From an uncultured Desulfobacteraceae bacterium (lineage in GTDB: Bacteria; Desulfobacterota; DSM-4660; Desulfatiglandales; Desulfatiglandaceae), in NCBI GenBank assembly GCA_964404085.1, contig CAYOIU010000002.1, forward strand, positions 1 through 46,782: 46,782 nucleotides of DNA, read 5' to 3'. Under the pieces are notes generated by a model. It saw nothing but the letters and a program-made list of their open reading frames with translations, ran no database searches and had not been told where the DNA came from. The translations under genes and the position numbers were made by a program. Shown here in pieces: positions 44,801-46,782 of this stretch. Numbering within the stretch: position 1 is the first letter of the stretch; the number at the start of each line of letters is the position of its first letter.

Positions 44801-46708
44801 TCATTCCACGGATTCGACCTGTCTTACCCTGACGAGGGTCTTCATGCGAAAACCCTTCCCGTCCTGATACCGGATATCCGCCTCCACATGGAGCTTTTCC
44901 TGGTCGCCATACAGGGCATCAATGAGGTCCCTGTATCTTTCAGCCACAAATTTCCTCCTCACTTTTCTGGTCCTGGTGAGTTCATCATCATCGGCGTCCA
45001 GTTCCTTGTAGAGAAGCACAAACTTCCTGATTTTTGCCACCTTGGGCAGAGATTCATTGGTCCTGGCCACTTCCCCCGCAATCAGATCGTAGGTCTCTTC
45101 CTTTTGGGATATATCCGTAAAGGTGGTGTAGGCGATCTGGTTGTTTTCCGCCCACTTGCCAACGTTTGCCATATCAATGGCGATCATGGCCGTGATAAAA
45201 GGTCTTTCCTGCCCGATCACCACGGCGTCGATTATGTATGGACTAAACCGCAGTTTGTTTTCGATGAGTTGTGGGGAAAACTTGCTGCCATCGGTCAGTT
45301 TCATTACATCGGACATGCGATCGATGATGATAATATGCCCATCGTCCTCCATGAGGGCGGCATCTCCCGAGTGGAACCAACCGTCCCGCAACGCCTCCTC
45401 CGTGGCTTCCGGGTCCTTGTAGTATCCCTTGAATATGGTATCGCCCCGAGACAACAGTTCCCCTGAATCGGAGATCCGAAACTCGACTCCCGGGAGGGGC
45501 TTTCCCACCGTATCCAGGCGAATGTCATCCGTCCGGTGGATAATGGACGCAGCCGTCTGTTCGGTCATGCCATAGGCTTGCTTGATGTTGACGCCCAGGG
45601 CCTGAAACATGTGAAAAATCTCCGGACCCAAGGGAGCCCCGCCCGTATAGACATGGCGAAGCCGGGAAAGGCCCAGATAGTTCCTGAGGGACCTGAACAG
45701 GAAAAAATAGGCACCCCAGCCCAGGATCTTCCATCCGGCCGACGGTCTTCTTTTCTGCAGCTTGAAATCCGCCGTCCGGTATCCCACATGGAGGAAGAAC
45801 TTGTAGAAGATCCTTTTAATCCAAGCCGCATCCTGTATTTTCACCTGGATATCGGAACACATCCGCTCCCATATCCTGGGGGGCGCCAGCATGATATGGG
45901 GACCGATCTCCCGGATATTCACCTGGACCGTTTCCACCTTCTCCGGAAAATTGACCGTAAACCCCTTGTAAAGGGACCAGTAAACGCCGAACTCCTGCTC
46001 ACCGATCCAGGGAAAGGGGAGGAAAGAGACATATTCGAAATCCTCGCTCGCTTCATCCACCTCATCCTGGGCCCTGGCCACGCTGAACATATTCCGGTGG
46101 GTAATCATACTCCCTTTCGGCAGGCCGGTGGTCCCCGATGTATAATTGATCATGCCCACGTCATCAGGAAGGAGCTTTTCGATCATTTCGTCAAAGAGAC
46201 GGGGTTCTTTTTCCGCCCATTCCCGACCCAGATTCTGTATATCCCTGAAGTAAGTGAGGAGGGGATCGTCATAGTGCCTCATTCCCTTGGGGTCATCCAC
46301 GATCACTTTCCTGACTAAAGGACATTTATCCTTGATCTCCAGAACCTTATCCGCCTGTTCCTGGTCCCCTGCAACCACAAAAACCGAATCCGAATGGTTG
46401 ATGATATAGGTCACCTGGTCCAGGTGGCTGTCCGGATAGATCCCCACGATGGCCCCACCAAGGACCTGAACCGCCAACTCGGAAAACAGACCTTCCGGCC
46501 GGTTGTCCCCTGCATAGGCCAGTTTGTCACCGGCCTTGAAACCAAGTTCATGAAGGCCGAGGGCGAAATCCCGCACATTCTCATAATAGGCCTTCCAGGT
46601 AACCGGCTGCCAGATGCCGAATTCCTTCTCCCGGATGGCAACCTTGCTGTCGCCGAACCTGAGTGCGTTTTGCTTGAGAAGCTGAGGCAGCGTCTTGTAT
46701 TCCGTCAT
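44801..46708 (-). CDS. AMP-dependent acyl-CoA synthetase (long-chain-fatty-acid-CoA-ligase-like, ABC-cluster-associated type)
   Basis: Motifs INYTSGTTGLPKG, YGMTEQ, and WFHSGDAALMEDDGHIIIIDRMSDVMK. The family-like N-terminus MTEYKTLPQLLKQNALRFGD starts at the ATG at 46708. The track start at 46738 adds 10 codons. Confidence 0.88.
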   Translation of the reverse strand: MTEYKTLPQLLKQNALRFGDSKVAIREKEFGIWQPVTWKAYYENVRDFALGLHELGFKAGDKLAYAGDNRPEGLFSELAVQVLGGAIVGIYPDSHLDQVTYIINHSDSVFVVAGDQEQADKVLEIKDKCPLVRKVIVDDPKGMRHYDDPLLTYFRDIQNLGREWAEKEPRLFDEMIEKLLPDDVGMINYTSGTTGLPKGSMITHRNMFSVARAQDEVDEASEDFEYVSFLPFPWIGEQEFGVYWSLYKGFTVNFPEKVETVQVNIREIGPHIMLAPPRIWERMCSDIQVKIQDAAWIKRIFYKFFLHVGYRTADFKLQKRRPSAGWKILGWGAYFFLFRSLRNYLGLSRLRHVYTGGAPLGPEIFHMFQALGVNIKQAYGMTEQTAASIIHRTDDIRLDTVGKPLPGVEFRISDSGELLSRGDTIFKGYYKDPEATEEALRDGWFHSGDAALMEDDGHIIIIDRMSDVMKLTDGSKFSPQLIENKLRFSPYIIDAVVIGQERPFITAMIAIDMANVGKWAENNQIAYTTFTDISQKEETYDLIAGEVARTNESLPKVAKIRKFVLLYKELDADDDELTRTRKVRRKFVAERYRDLIDALYGDQEKLHVEADIRYQDGKGFRMKTLVRVRQVESVE

Positions 46709-46782
46709 TGATAGAGGCTTTCTCTCGTCGAAACACATGGCGCATAGAGCTTCTGAGGGGACCCAGTCCGCCCTATGCGCCC

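Noticed and set aside
1-46782. Looked for tRNA/rRNA/tmRNA genes, transposases or integrases, toxin-antitoxin pairs, restriction-modification or other defence genes, and selenocysteine or frameshift sites.
   Set aside because: None was recognisable by eye in any intergenic region or ORF translation. Small structured RNAs cannot be fully excluded without tRNAscan or Infernal.

Overview
This window is mostly core energy and carbon metabolism. Gene content suggests an anaerobic Desulfobacterota/deltaproteobacterium-like chromosome, but that taxon call is inference only.

**Gene content, left to right**
- A complex I operon lies on the minus strand: nuoA, a fused nuoBCD, nuoE-F-G-H-I-J-K-L, and the 5' part of nuoM, which runs off the left edge.
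- Divergent from it are a UbiE/MenG-type methyltransferase, a second SAM methyltransferase, a UbiA prenyltransferase and an LDH/MDH-family dehydrogenase.
- A plus-strand redox/TCA block follows: a GltD-like Fe-S flavoprotein with a C-terminal ferredoxin domain, an FAD/NAD(P) oxidoreductase, korA, korB and citrate synthase. Rubrerythrin comes next.
- Then a Liv-type ABC importer with an acyl-CoA ligase, an APC permease, a truncated class-III aminotransferase, an SCP2-domain protein and an orphan acidic zinc-ribbon ORF.
- Then an EamA transporter, an Opp/Dpp-type ABC importer, an MBL-fold hydrolase and a PaaI thioesterase.
- The right end holds part of a second operon: two Liv-type ATPases and an acyl-CoA synthetase.

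**What I did not find**
I saw no rRNA, tRNA, CRISPR array, transposase, integrase, phage gene or recognisable defence gene. I do not see an obvious new multi-gene defence-type system.

**Most unusual signals**
1. A roughly 180-200 bp hairpin-forming interspersed repeat occurs in three same-orientation copies. It has no ORF. One copy abuts and truncates the aminotransferase, and another sits inside an ABC ATPase operon.
2. A roughly 20-nt motif with an FNR/CRP-like core (TTGAT-N4-ATCAG) occurs four times, only in noncoding DNA of the nuo operon. Two copies form an inverted pair in an unusually long nuoH-nuoI spacer.
3. A tightly coupled operon places a GltD/NfnB-like Fe-S flavoprotein-ferredoxin fusion and a second flavoprotein directly upstream of two-subunit 2-oxoglutarate:ferredoxin oxidoreductase.

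Product calls rest on my reading of conserved motifs in the supplied translations. No database search was possible.
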